Source: Chloroflexota bacterium (GTDB lineage Bacteria; Chloroflexota; Anaerolineae; B4-G1; DUEL01). From it: a DNA stretch of 49,340 bases. The stretch is taken from NCBI GenBank assembly GCA_011388675.1, contig DROW01000181.1, positions 1 to 49,340 on the forward strand, read 5' to 3'. A program made the position numbers and the translations under genes. This document shows positions 1-9,288 of this stretch, in pieces. The notes beneath the pieces are model-generated. The model did not search any database, was not told where the DNA came from, and saw only the letters and a list, made by a program, of their open reading frames with translations. Every line of letters starts with the position of its first letter. Position 1 is the stretch's first letter.

Positions 1-155
1 CTGAGAGGCCGTGCCCCATTCGCCCGGCGACTCAAGCCGTGGGAAGCCGTCCCTCGATGGCTTCTGTCCTACAAGAGCCGGCGCTACAAGAGCCTGCGCC
101 GCGTAGAGCAAGCCGCCAGGCTACTTCAGCCCGTGCCGGGTCGACCCCTCTTCCC

Positions 156-1253
156 TCAAAGGATGATCAGGTCTCGGGGAAAAGTGGTCAGGCTCTCCGC
201 GCCGGTGGGAGTGATCAGAACGTCGTCCTCGATCCGCACGCCCCCCTGCCCGGGCAGATAGATCCCCGGCTCGACGGTGAAGGTCATCCCCGGGCGCAGC
301 GGCTCCGGGTTGCCGGCCACGATGTACGGCGGCTCGTGCACCTCCAGCCCCAGGCCGTGGCCGGTGCGGTGGACGAAGAACTCGCCGTAGCCCGCCGCTT
401 CGATCACCTCACGGGCCGCCTGATCCACCGCTTCCGCTGGCACGCCGGGGCCCGCCTTCCGCCGCCCCGCCGCGTTCGCCTCCCGCACCACCTCGTAGAC
501 CCGCTCCATCTCCCCCGGCAGGCCGCCCAGGACAACCGTGCGGGTGATGTCCGAGGCATAGCCGCCTACCACGGCCCCGCAGTCGATGACGATGGTCTCT
601 CCGGCCCGGATGGGCCGGTCGGAGGGACGGGCGTGGGGCGAGGCGGCGTTGGGGCCGGCGACCACGATGGGTTCGAAGGGAAGCCCCTCCCCTCCCGCGT
701 GCAGGATCTCGACGGTCAGCAGGCCCGCCACCTCCCGTTCCGTCATCCCAACCTCGACCTGATCCAGCGTAGCGCGGAGGGCGGCCTCCACCACCTCCAC
801 CGCCCGACGCATCTGGGCGACCTCCCGCGCGTCCTTACAGGCCCGCAGGTCGGAGAGCAGGTCGTCGGCGGGGACCAGTTCACACCCTGGGGCGTACCGC
901 TCCAGGTAGCGGGCTTCCATCAGCCGCATCCGCAGCCCCTCCACGCCGATCCGGGCCTCGGCCAGTTCCAGCGTCACGCTGGCCTGATGGAAGGCCAGCG
1001 CAGGCCCCTCCTCGTCGGTGTAGGGGAACGGATCGAGAGCGCAAAGGGCCGTCTCCAGTTTCGGCATCTCCAACGCCGGGAGGAGAATGGCTGGCGGGGC
1101 ATCCACGGGGAAGAACGCCAGCACCGGCCGCTCGCTGAGGTGAAAGGAGAGGCCGGTGAGGTACAGGAGGTTCGCTCCGGGCACCAGCGCGATGCAATCG
1201 AGGCCGTCCCGGACCGCCCTTTCCTGCAATCGTTGGAGGCGCTCCACCGTCAT
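156..1253 (-). CDS. Xaa-Pro peptidase (M24 family, creatinase N-domain)
   Basis: Motifs IDCG..YASDITRT, HRTGHGLGLEVHE, TVEPGIY, GVRIEDD. Confidence 0.93.
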   Translation of the reverse strand: MTVERLQRLQERAVRDGLDCIALVPGANLLYLTGLSFHLSERPVLAFFPVDAPPAILLPALEMPKLETALCALDPFPYTDEEGPALAFHQASVTLELAEARIGVEGLRMRLMEARYLERYAPGCELVPADDLLSDLRACKDAREVAQMRRAVEVVEAALRATLDQVEVGMTEREVAGLLTVEILHAGGEGLPFEPIVVAGPNAASPHARPSDRPIRAGETIVIDCGAVVGGYASDITRTVVLGGLPGEMERVYEVVREANAAGRRKAGPGVPAEAVDQAAREVIEAAGYGEFFVHRTGHGLGLEVHEPPYIVAGNPEPLRPGMTFTVEPGIYLPGQGGVRIEDDVLITPTGAESLTTFPRDLIIL

Positions 1254-1394
1254 CGGGCCCGATTATATCCGGTTTCCGACCAACGAGCAACCTCGCTTTC
1301 TCACGGGAGGTCCCCGCAGGCACTCTCGCCTTCGTTACTCGGACGCGAGTTCCGCACCCCTGTCCCCACCTCGCGGATACGGTCCCCACCAAGA

Positions 1395-1467
1395 GGGGTG
1401 CGCTTCTGTTTGGGGCGAAGGTGTCCATCGGCCCTTCTCAATCCGCCCCTATTCTGAAGCACACCCC
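1395..1467. mobile_element. MITE-like element, copy 1 (imperfect TIRs GGGGTGCGCTTC / GAAGCACACCCC, flanked by ACCAAGA direct repeats)
   Basis: Terminal inverted repeats; ccccaccaagagggg occurs at both 1384-1398 and 1464-1478; related copy at 37215-37264. Confidence 0.55.
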
Positions 1468-1482
1468 ACCAAGAGGGGACGA

Positions 1483-1510
1483 TTGCACAAACTGTGTTTC
1501 CGGCTATAAT
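1483..1510 (+). promoter_or_regulatory. Sigma-70-like promoter of kinase operon
   Basis: TTGCAC-N16-TATAAT, 17 nt before the ATG at 1528. Confidence 0.65.
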
Positions 1511-1527
1511 TAAATCCGTCAAGGAAA

Positions 1528-3498
1528 ATGAGCCCTGCGAACGAGTCGAGAGAACGAACATCCCTGCCTTCGGAGCGATCGTTGGATCTCACCGGCGGTG
1601 AGGCGTCCGACGATCTCTCCACCCGTCTCATCCACGGGGAAGAGAGCACCCTGCCTGGAAGGGGGCAGACGGACGGTAGGCTGGCACAGGGTTCCCTCCT
1701 ACAGGGCCGGTACCGCATTCTGAGCGTCCTGGGGTCGGGGGGGATGAGCACAGTCTACAAGGCTCAGGACCTGCGCTTCCCCCGCGTGGCCCGCCTGTGT
1801 GCGATCAAGGAGATGAGCAACACGATCCTCGACCCTCGTCTCCGGCAACAGGCTCTGACCAACTTCGAGCGGGAGGCTAGCCTCCTGGCGACCCTCAGCC
1901 ACCCGGCGATCCCCCAGGTGTACGATTACTTCACCGAAGGAGACCATTCCTACCTGGTTATGGAGTTCATCTCCGGCAAGGACCTGGAGGCCCTGCTGGA
2001 GGAGATGGAAGGCTTTCCCCCCGAGGAGGAGGTCATCCGCTGGGCGCTGGAGATCTGCGACGTCCTGAAGTACCTCCACAACCACAAGCCCCACCCCATC
2101 ATCTTTCGCGACCTGAAGCCTTCGAACATTATGCTCGACGACCAGGGGCGCATCCGGTTGGTGGATTTCGGCATCGCCAAGGTGTTTCAGACCGGGAAGC
2201 GGGGGACAATGGTCGGCACGGAAGGGTACGCTCCCCCGGAGCAGTATCGAGGCATCGCCAGCCCCCAGGGGGACATCTACGCGCTGGGGGCCACCCTTCA
2301 CCATTTGCTGACCAAGCAGGACCCCCGACTGGAGCCCCCCTTCTCGTTCCGCGAGCGGCCGATCCAGGCGGTGAACCCCCTTGTCTCGGACGAACTGGTG
2401 GCCATCATCGATCGAGCGCTGGAGTACGATCCTCAGCGTCGGTTCGCCTCCGTCGAGGAGATGCAAAGGGCGCTGCTCCGGCTGTCGGCGACCAAGGGGA
2501 TCTCTCCAGGCGTTTCGAGACCCCGGGCTGCCCCGGCGCGGGGGCCGAAGCCCCTCTGGACATTCGCCTGCGAGGACGAGATCCGTTCCAGCCCGACGGT
2601 CGTGGACGGTATCCTGTACGTCGGTGCGTACGACAACAACCTCTACGCCCTCGACGCCGGGAAAGGCACGTTCATCTGGAAGTACCCGACTGAGGGTGGG
2701 GTCGGTTCCTCTCCTTGCGTATCCGAAGGCCGGGTCTTTGTTGGGTCTAAGGATCACTCCCTCTACGTTGTCGATGCCCGAACGGGGCGTCTGGTGTGGA
2801 CGTTTCCGACCAAGGGGCCGATCTTCTCCTCCCCCCGGGTGCAGTTCGGCTACGTCTTCTTCGGCTCCGACGACCGGCACCTCTACGTCGTCCACGCCCG
2901 AAACGGGCGGAAGGGATGGACTTTCGAGGCGGAGGCCCCCATCCGATCCACCCCGGCCCTCGGAAAAGACGCGGTCTATTTCGGGGACGAGGGGGGCTCG
3001 CTGTACGCCGTCAACGTGGAGGGTCGGCTGCGCTGGCGGTTCCGTTCCCGACGGGGCATCACCTCTTCCCCCTGCGTTGCGGGGGATCTGCTGTTCGTCG
3101 GCTCGAAAGACTGGTACGTCTACGCCTTGGAGTTAGGGACCGGCTGGGCGGTGTGGCGGTATCGAACCGAGGGCCCGGTCGTCTCCTCCCCTGCGGTGGC
3201 AGAGGGTACGGTGTTCATCGGTTCCGCCGATGGGAAGGTGTACGCCCTCAACGGCGAGAACGGACAGGTGATCTGGCGGTATCAAACGGAAGGACAGGTT
3301 ACGTCGAGCCCTACGTTCTACGAAGGAGCCGTCTACATCGGATCCACCGATGGCTCGATCTACGCGATCGACGCCCAGACAGGTCGGCTCCGCTGGCGTT
3401 TCAAGACCGAAGGCCCGGTCGTCTCCACCCCTTGCGTGGTAAACGGCGTCGTGTACGTGGGCTCGTGCGATCGTCGGATCTACGCACTTCCGGCCTGA
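1528..3498 (+). CDS. Ser/Thr protein kinase with C-terminal PQQ-like beta-propeller (AfsK-like architecture)
   Basis: LGSGGMSTVY, AIKE, FRDLKPSN, DFG, GTEGYAPPE; about 8 repeats SSP..GS.D..YA.....G...W; no TM segment. Confidence 0.93.
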   Translation: MSPANESRERTSLPSERSLDLTGGEASDDLSTRLIHGEESTLPGRGQTDGRLAQGSLLQGRYRILSVLGSGGMSTVYKAQDLRFPRVARLCAIKEMSNTILDPRLRQQALTNFEREASLLATLSHPAIPQVYDYFTEGDHSYLVMEFISGKDLEALLEEMEGFPPEEEVIRWALEICDVLKYLHNHKPHPIIFRDLKPSNIMLDDQGRIRLVDFGIAKVFQTGKRGTMVGTEGYAPPEQYRGIASPQGDIYALGATLHHLLTKQDPRLEPPFSFRERPIQAVNPLVSDELVAIIDRALEYDPQRRFASVEEMQRALLRLSATKGISPGVSRPRAAPARGPKPLWTFACEDEIRSSPTVVDGILYVGAYDNNLYALDAGKGTFIWKYPTEGGVGSSPCVSEGRVFVGSKDHSLYVVDARTGRLVWTFPTKGPIFSSPRVQFGYVFFGSDDRHLYVVHARNGRKGWTFEAEAPIRSTPALGKDAVYFGDEGGSLYAVNVEGRLRWRFRSRRGITSSPCVAGDLLFVGSKDWYVYALELGTGWAVWRYRTEGPVVSSPAVAEGTVFIGSADGKVYALNGENGQVIWRYQTEGQVTSSPTFYEGAVYIGSTDGSIYAIDAQTGRLRWRFKTEGPVVSTPCVVNGVVYVGSCDRRIYALPA

Positions 3499-3517
3499 AC
3501 GGCGAGGGGGAAGCCGA

Positions 3518-4381
3518 ATGGGGTTCTGGCGTATCTTTCGTCGGCGTAAAGTAGCACCTCGACCGGAGGAAAAGAGAGAAAAGGCTGAGGCGGCCCTGGC
3601 GGCAGACCACTTCCGGGTTGGGTGGGCCACCGACATCGGCCAGATGCGGCAGCGCAACGAGGACGCCGTGCTCGTGATGACGGCCTATCAGACGGGCGGG
3701 CACGGCCTGGTCCCCTTCGGCCTCTTCATCCTGGCCGACGGGATGGGGGGGCATCGCCTCGGAGACATCGCCAGCGCGCTGGCGATCCGGACCGTGGCTC
3801 GTCACATCATCGCGGAGACCTTCCTCCACACGCTGGAGGGAGAGGAGCCGGGGGCCGACCAGCCCGCCCTGCGCGAGATCCTCATCGACGCATACCATCG
3901 GGCCAACGACGCCGTCGCCAGGGAGGTGCCCGGAGCCGGAACCACGCTCACCTGCGTGCTGTTCCTCGGCTCGCGGGCTTACATCGCCCACGTGGGAGAC
4001 AGCCGTGCCTACCTCGTTCACCCCGACGGGCTGGACCAGATCACCCGGGACCACTCTTTGGTGGACCGGCTGGTGGAGTTGGGGCAGTTGACCCCGGCCG
4101 AGGCGGCGAACCACCCCCACCGAAACGTCCTCTACCGGGCCGTGGGACAGAAGGGCGAGTTGGAAGTGGAGACATATATGCGGGTGATCCCGCCCGGGAG
4201 CCGCCTCCTGCTCTGTTCCGACGGTCTCTGGGGCGTGGTGGACGAGGGGACGATCTCCCAGATCATCCGTGACGCGCCATCCCCCCAGGCCGCGTGCGAC
4301 CGGCTGATCCAGGCAGCCAATGAGGCAGGTGGCCGGGACAACATCACCGCGATCCTCGTGGAGCCACCGAGAGAGACGTGA
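3518..4381 (+). CDS. PP2C/PrpC-family Ser/Thr phosphatase
   Basis: RQRNEDA, ADGMGG, GTT, HVGDSRAY, LCSDGL, GRDNIT. Confidence 0.95.
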   Translation: MGFWRIFRRRKVAPRPEEKREKAEAALAADHFRVGWATDIGQMRQRNEDAVLVMTAYQTGGHGLVPFGLFILADGMGGHRLGDIASALAIRTVARHIIAETFLHTLEGEEPGADQPALREILIDAYHRANDAVAREVPGAGTTLTCVLFLGSRAYIAHVGDSRAYLVHPDGLDQITRDHSLVDRLVELGQLTPAEAANHPHRNVLYRAVGQKGELEVETYMRVIPPGSRLLLCSDGLWGVVDEGTISQIIRDAPSPQAACDRLIQAANEAGGRDNITAILVEPPRET

Positions 4382-5853
4382 TGGGCGACCTACCGGAGAA
4401 GGACCCCTACGAGGTTCTGGGAGTCTCCCCGCTGGCTACCCAGGAGGAGATCCGGCGGGCATACCGGGCGCTGGTCCGTCGGTACCACCCCGACAGCGGG
4501 ACCGAGGAGGCCTCGGCAACGCGCTTCCTGGAGATCCATCAGGCCTACGAACTGCTGAGCGATCCGGCCCGTCGTCGTGCTTACGACCGGCTCCACCGGG
4601 AGCGCCGGAGGCGGAAAGGGACCTCCTTCTGGTGGGAAGTGATCCTCAGTCGCTCCATCCTTCCCGCCCTGCCTGAGGAGCAGGTGCTGTACGTCCTGGT
4701 CGAGGTATACCCCTCCAAGCGGGTGCCCACCCGACGGGTACCGCTCAACCTGGTGTTGGTCATCGACCGCAGCACCTCGATGCAGGGGGCCCGGCTGGAT
4801 TACGTGAAGAGCGCTGCCCACCACATCATTGAGGATCTAGCCCCCCAGGACGTCCTGGGGGTCGTCGCCTTCGACGATCGAGCCGAGACGATCGTCCCCA
4901 GCCAGCCGCTGACCAACCGCGAGTACGTACACAGCAAGGTTTCCTCCATCTGGGCATCGGGCGGGACGGAGATCCTGCGGGGGCTCTCGGCCGGCCTGGA
5001 GCAACTGCGCCGCTACCACGGCCCGGACCGCATCAGCCACCTCCTCTTGCTCACCGACGGCCACACCTACGGCGACGAGGAGGCCTGCGTCGCGGAGGCC
5101 AGACGGGCCGCCGGGGAGGGCATCGGCATCAGCACGTTCGGGATCGGCGAGGACTGGCACGAGACGTTCCTGAGCGCCCTGGCCCGCGAGGCGGGAGGTA
5201 CCTGCGTCTACATCGCCGATCCAGCCCAGGCCCGCCGCGCGCTGCGGAGGGCGGTCCAGGGCCTCTGTGACATCCTCGTCCGCGATCTGTGGCTCACCCC
5301 ACGCTTCCCCGCACAGGTGCGGTTGGAAAACGTGTTCCGTTGCGCCCCGGACGTGGAGCGGCTGCGCCTGATAGGGGAAGAGATCAGCCTCGGCTCCCTC
5401 TCGGTAGATGCCCACCTCTCAGTGTTGCTGGAACTGGCGGTGGCCCCTATGCCACCGGGGAAGCACCGATTGATGCAGTTGGAACTGCGGGGTCTGTTGC
5501 CCGACGCAGGGGTGGAGGACCGCCTGGTGGCCGATCTGGAGATCGAGGTGCGGACGGAGGTGGAGGAACAGCCCATCTCCACCGCGATCATCAACGCGGT
5601 CAACAAGGTCAACCTGTTCCGAATGCAGGAGCGCGCCTGGCGGGCCCTGGAGGAAGGGCGGAAAGAGGAGGCCCGCCAACAGTTGGAGGCCGTGGCGACC
5701 CGGCTTCTGGACCTAGGGGAGACGGACCTGGCCCACATCGCGCTGCTGGAAGCCCAGCGTATGGCCCAGGGAGAGGAAGTTTCCAAACGGGCGAAGAAGG
5801 CGATTTACTTCGGAACCCGGCATCTGCGGCTGTCTGAAGGGGGGCAAAAATGA
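4381..5853 (+). CDS. J-domain (DnaJ N-terminal) - vWA fusion protein
   Basis: DPYEVLGV..RYHPD..AYELLSDP J-domain; MIDAS DRSTSM, GGT, LLTDG; helical C-tail (alternative start GTG 4378). Confidence 0.9.
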   Translation: MGDLPEKDPYEVLGVSPLATQEEIRRAYRALVRRYHPDSGTEEASATRFLEIHQAYELLSDPARRRAYDRLHRERRRRKGTSFWWEVILSRSILPALPEEQVLYVLVEVYPSKRVPTRRVPLNLVLVIDRSTSMQGARLDYVKSAAHHIIEDLAPQDVLGVVAFDDRAETIVPSQPLTNREYVHSKVSSIWASGGTEILRGLSAGLEQLRRYHGPDRISHLLLLTDGHTYGDEEACVAEARRAAGEGIGISTFGIGEDWHETFLSALAREAGGTCVYIADPAQARRALRRAVQGLCDILVRDLWLTPRFPAQVRLENVFRCAPDVERLRLIGEEISLGSLSVDAHLSVLLELAVAPMPPGKHRLMQLELRGLLPDAGVEDRLVADLEIEVRTEVEEQPISTAIINAVNKVNLFRMQERAWRALEEGRKEEARQQLEAVATRLLDLGETDLAHIALLEAQRMAQGEEVSKRAKKAIYFGTRHLRLSEGGQK

Positions 5854-6359
5854 TCCAGTGTCCGACGTGTGGCGAAAAATACCGCCCGGGGACCCTTTTC
5901 TGCTCCAAGTGCGGCACCTATCTGCCGACCGGCGGCTCGCCGCGAACGGTGACCCTGCCGACCGACCGGCTCTCCGACGTTCCGTACACCCCCCCTGAGA
6001 CGGGAGGACTGGAACAGGAGGCGCCCGTGGAGTTGCGCGCCATCCGGGTGCGCGTGCTTGAGACCGAGCGGGAGGTTACCCTCCCTCCTGCCAGCGAACT
6101 GCTGATGGGACGTCGTGACCCGATGCGGGGGATCTTCCCCGACCTCGATCTGACCGCGGACGGAGGGATCGAGAAGGGGGTCTCCAGGCGACACGCGCGA
6201 ATCCTCCAGAAAGAAGGAAAGGTCTTCCTGGAAGACGTGGGCAGCGCCAACGGCACCTTCCTCAACGACCAGCGACTGATGCCGTACCTTCCCTATCCCC
6301 TTCGGGACGGCGATCGGATCCGGATCGGGAAACTGGAACTGGAAATCCACTTCGAGTAG
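5850..6359 (+). CDS. Zinc-ribbon + FHA domain protein
   Basis: CPTCG..FCSKCG; FHA motifs GR, VSRRHA, SANGT. Confidence 0.92.
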   Translation: MIQCPTCGEKYRPGTLFCSKCGTYLPTGGSPRTVTLPTDRLSDVPYTPPETGGLEQEAPVELRAIRVRVLETEREVTLPPASELLMGRRDPMRGIFPDLDLTADGGIEKGVSRRHARILQKEGKVFLEDVGSANGTFLNDQRLMPYLPYPLRDGDRIRIGKLELEIHFE

Positions 6360-6382
6360 GGAGTAGTGGACGGAGGAAGGGT

Positions 6383-6625
6383 ATGACGATGACGGTCTTG
6401 ATCCATATGGTAGGAGAGGATCCCATCGTCGCCGAGATCGAGGACGTGCCCTCTCCCCAGGATCAGTTCCTCACCTGTATGAACCCCAGGCGGCGGGACG
6501 GGCGGGAGGTCAGTTACCTGATGCCCGAACTGAAACTCCTGCTGCTTCCCTGGCACCGCATCCAGTGCATCGAGATCCTCCCCTCCGAAGAGGAGGAGGA
6601 ACTGATCACGTTCGTGCGCGAGTGA
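6383..6625 (+). CDS. Hypothetical 80-aa beta-rich protein (possible Sm/LSm-like fold)
   Basis: RBS GGAGG, operon-tight spacing, GC-biased codon usage. Confidence 0.75.
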   Translation: MTMTVLIHMVGEDPIVAEIEDVPSPQDQFLTCMNPRRRDGREVSYLMPELKLLLLPWHRIQCIEILPSEEEEELITFVRE

Positions 6626-6628
6626 GAT

Positions 6629-7387
6629 ATGTCCTCTCCAGGCCCCCTCATTTTGGTCGTCGACGACGAGGAACACATCCAGCGTTTGGTGCGGATGAAC
6701 CTGGAGGTGGAGAACTTCCGGGTCATCACCGCCTCGTCCGGCACGGAAGCCATCGAACGGGTCCGGAAGGACCTGCCCGACCTGGTCCTGCTGGACGTCG
6801 GGATGCCGGGGCTGGACGGGTTCGAAACGCTCCGGCTGATCCGCGAGATCTCCGAGGTGCCGGTGATCATGCTGACCGTCCGCTCGGACGAGGAGGACAT
6901 CGTCCGCGGGTTGGAGTTGGGGGCGGACGATTATATCACGAAGCCGTTCCGCACCCGCGAACTGAGCAGCCGCATCCGGGCCGTGCTGCGCCGCACGCGG
7001 GGCGTCCCGCCGGAGACCGCCGTCCTCAAGATCGACGACTATCTCAGCGTGGATTACAACCGTCGGGAGGTCATCGTCGGCGGGAAACGGGTGAAACTGC
7101 GGCCGACCGAGTTCCGCCTCCTCTACCACCTCATCGAGAACGCCGGGTGGGTGGTCCCGCACGAGGTGCTGCTGGCGAAGGTATGGGGGCACGAGTACCG
7201 CGAAGAGGTCCACTACCTGCGGCTCTACATCACCTACCTGCGCCAGAAGATCGAGCCGGACCCTGCCCATCCCCGGTACATCCTCACCGAGCGGGGCGTC
7301 GGCTATCGGTTTGTGGACTTTCGGCACCCCCAACAAGATCAGGGGCAACAAGATCAAGGGAAGGAGGAGAAGCAGCAGAATGGGTAG
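6629..7387 (+). CDS. OmpR/KdpE-family DNA-binding response regulator
   Basis: [20 protein letters not shown], wHTH ending TERGVGYRF. Confidence 0.95.
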   Translation: MSSPGPLILVVDDEEHIQRLVRMNLEVENFRVITASSGTEAIERVRKDLPDLVLLDVGMPGLDGFETLRLIREISEVPVIMLTVRSDEEDIVRGLELGADDYITKPFRTRELSSRIRAVLRRTRGVPPETAVLKIDDYLSVDYNRREVIVGGKRVKLRPTEFRLLYHLIENAGWVVPHEVLLAKVWGHEYREEVHYLRLYITYLRQKIEPDPAHPRYILTERGVGYRFVDFRHPQQDQGQQDQGKEEKQQNG

Positions 7388-7895
7388 GACATGCAAAGTG
7401 ATCGTCACCGGTGCATTCAACGCCGGCAAGAGCTCATTCATCCGCACCATCTCCGACATCCCCGTGGTCAGCACCGAGCGGCGGATCACCGACGAACTGG
7501 CCCGCATCAAAGGGGAGACCACGGTAGCGATGGACTACGGCCAGGTGAACATTGGAGGGCGGCTGTTCCACCTCTTCGGCACGCCGGGGCAGGAACGGTT
7601 CGAATTTATGTGGGATATTCTTTCCAAGGAGGCCGACGCGCTTTTGATTCTGGTGGACAGCACCGACCGGTCCTCTTTCCCGACGGCCCGCCGCATCCTG
7701 CGTCGCCTGCGGAGCCGCCGCCGACTTCCCTACCTGGTCGTCGCCACCAAACAGGACGGGCGACGGGCGATGCCTCCCGAGAAGATCGCCGCCGCCCTGG
7801 GAGTCCGCCCCCCCTCCTTCGTCGTCTCGTGCGACGCCCGCAGCAAACAGAGCGTTCACGCCGTCCTCGTCCAACTGGCGCAACTGATCCGATAG
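7380..7895 (+). CDS. Small Ras-like GTPase, MglA/CvnD (ATP/GTP-binding) family
   Basis: [30 protein letters not shown]; start ATG 7380 overlaps regulator stop. Confidence 0.9.
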   Translation: MGRTCKVIVTGAFNAGKSSFIRTISDIPVVSTERRITDELARIKGETTVAMDYGQVNIGGRLFHLFGTPGQERFEFMWDILSKEADALLILVDSTDRSSFPTARRILRRLRSRRRLPYLVVATKQDGRRAMPPEKIAAALGVRPPSFVVSCDARSKQSVHAVLVQLAQLIR

Positions 7896-7915
7896 GATCC
7901 TGCCGCTGCCAGCGG

Positions 7916-7949
7916 AAGGGCACCGACCCCCTCGGCCGGTGCCCTTTTT
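7916..7949 (+). terminator. Rho-independent terminator
   Basis: AAGGGCACCG/CGGTGCCCTT stem followed by T run. Confidence 0.75.
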
Positions 7950-7959
7950 CTATCGCAAC

Positions 7960-7987
7960 TCTAACACGCCTCTTGCGTGAATCTAAC
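7960..7987 (+). promoter_or_regulatory. Three 11-bp-phased direct repeats (TCTAAC/TCTTGC/TCTAAC), candidate OmpR-family binding site
   Basis: Hexamers start at 7960, 7971, 7982, upstream of hsp20 genes. Confidence 0.45.
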
Positions 7988-8041
7988 GAAAGGTCGGCAC
8001 AATGAAAGCGCCTGAAACCGGTGGGAAAGGAGGTGATGAGG

Positions 8042-8491
8042 ATGTCCAACCTGATGCGGTGGGAACCTTTCCGGGAACTGATCAGCCTGCGTGAGGCGAT
8101 GGATCGTCTGTTTGAGGAGTCCTTCGTTCGGCCTTGGGGGACGTGGCTGCGGCCCAGCGAGTTGGGCACGGTGGCCGTGGACATGTATGAGACCGACGAT
8201 GCCGTCGTGGTGAAGGCCTCCGTCCCCGGCGTCAAGCCTGAGGACTTGGACATCAGCATCACCGGCGACACGCTCACCATCCGGGGGGAGACCAAGCGGG
8301 AAGAAGAGGTGAAGGAAGAGAACTACATCCGCCGCGAGCGGTTCTACGGCACCTTCTGCCGCACCCTGACGCTGCCGGTCCCGGTGGTCGCCGATGATGC
8401 GGAGGCCGAGTTCGAGAACGGCGTCCTCACCCTGACGTTGCCCAAGGCGGAAGAGGTGAAGCCCAAGACCATCAAGGTCAAGGCCAAGTAG
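8042..8491 (+). CDS. Hsp20/alpha-crystallin small heat-shock protein
   Basis: VDMYET, PGVKPEDLDI, RRERFYGTF.R, AEFENGVLTLTLPK; RBS GGAGGTG. Confidence 0.95.
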   Translation: MSNLMRWEPFRELISLREAMDRLFEESFVRPWGTWLRPSELGTVAVDMYETDDAVVVKASVPGVKPEDLDISITGDTLTIRGETKREEEVKEENYIRRERFYGTFCRTLTLPVPVVADDAEAEFENGVLTLTLPKAEEVKPKTIKVKAK

Positions 8492-8504
8492 CAGGAGGTG
8501 AAGG

Positions 8505-8954
8505 ATGACCATCCGCAACTTCGACCCGTTCCGCGAGATGATGAGCCTCCGCGAAGCGATGGACCGGCTGCTGGAGGAGTCCTTCGTCCGGCCGCGCCGG
8601 ACCTGGCGGCAGGAGGGAACCCCGGATGCGCCGCTGCGGTTGCCGGTGGACGTCTACACGACGCCGGAGGAGATCGTGGTGGTCGCTTCGTTGCCCGGCC
8701 TGTTGCCGGAGGAGGTGGACATCACCATCGAGGGGGACACGCTGACCATCCGCGGTGAACTGCGTCCCCCGCTGGAGAACGTGGAGTACCTGTTCCAGGA
8801 GCGGCCCTACGGCCACTTCGCCCGCTCGCTGACCCTCAACGTTCCGGTGGATGTGGAGAAAGCGGAGGCGGTCTTTGAGAACGGTGTGCTGACGCTGACG
8901 CTGCCGAAGAAAGAGGCGGTCCGCCCGAAGTCCATCAAAGTGAAGACGAAGTAG
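8505..8954 (+). CDS. Hsp20/alpha-crystallin small heat-shock protein (paralog)
   Basis: PVDVY, ERPYGHFARSL, FENGVLTLTLPK; RBS GGAGGTG. Confidence 0.95.
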   Translation: MTIRNFDPFREMMSLREAMDRLLEESFVRPRRTWRQEGTPDAPLRLPVDVYTTPEEIVVVASLPGLLPEEVDITIEGDTLTIRGELRPPLENVEYLFQERPYGHFARSLTLNVPVDVEKAEAVFENGVLTLTLPKKEAVRPKSIKVKTK

Positions 8955-8973
8955 TCGGCTTCGGGGCGGACCG

Positions 8974-9005
8974 AAGGGGCGGGAGGAAACCCCGCCCCTT
9001 ATCTT
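8974..9005 (+). terminator. Terminator after hsp20 pair
   Basis: AAGGGGCGGG/CCCGCCCCTT stem followed by ATCTT. Confidence 0.7.
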
Positions 9006-9028
9006 GTTAAAATAGTACCTACTTCCTA

Positions 9029-9057
9029 TTGTATTGCCAGGTGCTCCGTGCTATGAT
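9029..9057 (+). promoter_or_regulatory. Sigma-70 promoter of flp pilin
   Basis: TTGTAT-N17-TATGAT with extended TG and AT-rich upstream tract. Confidence 0.65.
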
Positions 9058-9103
9058 AAGAGCCGAAGCGAAATCCACAGGTTAGGAAGGAGGTGAAAGA
9101 GAG

Positions 9104-9262
9104 ATGTTGTACCTGCCGAATGAAGAGGGCCAGGGGCTGGTAGAGTATGCGTTGATCATTGTTCTCGTTGCTATCGTCGTGATCGCCGTCCTGACCCTGC
9201 TGGGCAACCAGCTGCAGAACGTCTTCAACCGCATCACCAACGCGCTGGCGCCGACGAGCTAG
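9104..9262 (+). CDS. flp: Flp family type IVb pilin (52 aa; absent from ORF track)
   Basis: MLYLPNEEG/QGLVEYALIIVLVAIVVIAVLTLLG..F..I..AL has the G-x4-EY Flp motif; RBS AAGGAGGTGA. Confidence 0.92.
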   Translation: MLYLPNEEGQGLVEYALIIVLVAIVVIAVLTLLGNQLQNVFNRITNALAPTS

Positions 9263-9288
9263 TACGGCGGATCGCAGACGTCACCAGC

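Noticed and set aside
69-125. 15-bp tandem (ctacaagagcc..cg) and GTAG..CTAC remnant at the window start
   Set aside because: Too short and degenerate, with context truncated by the window edge
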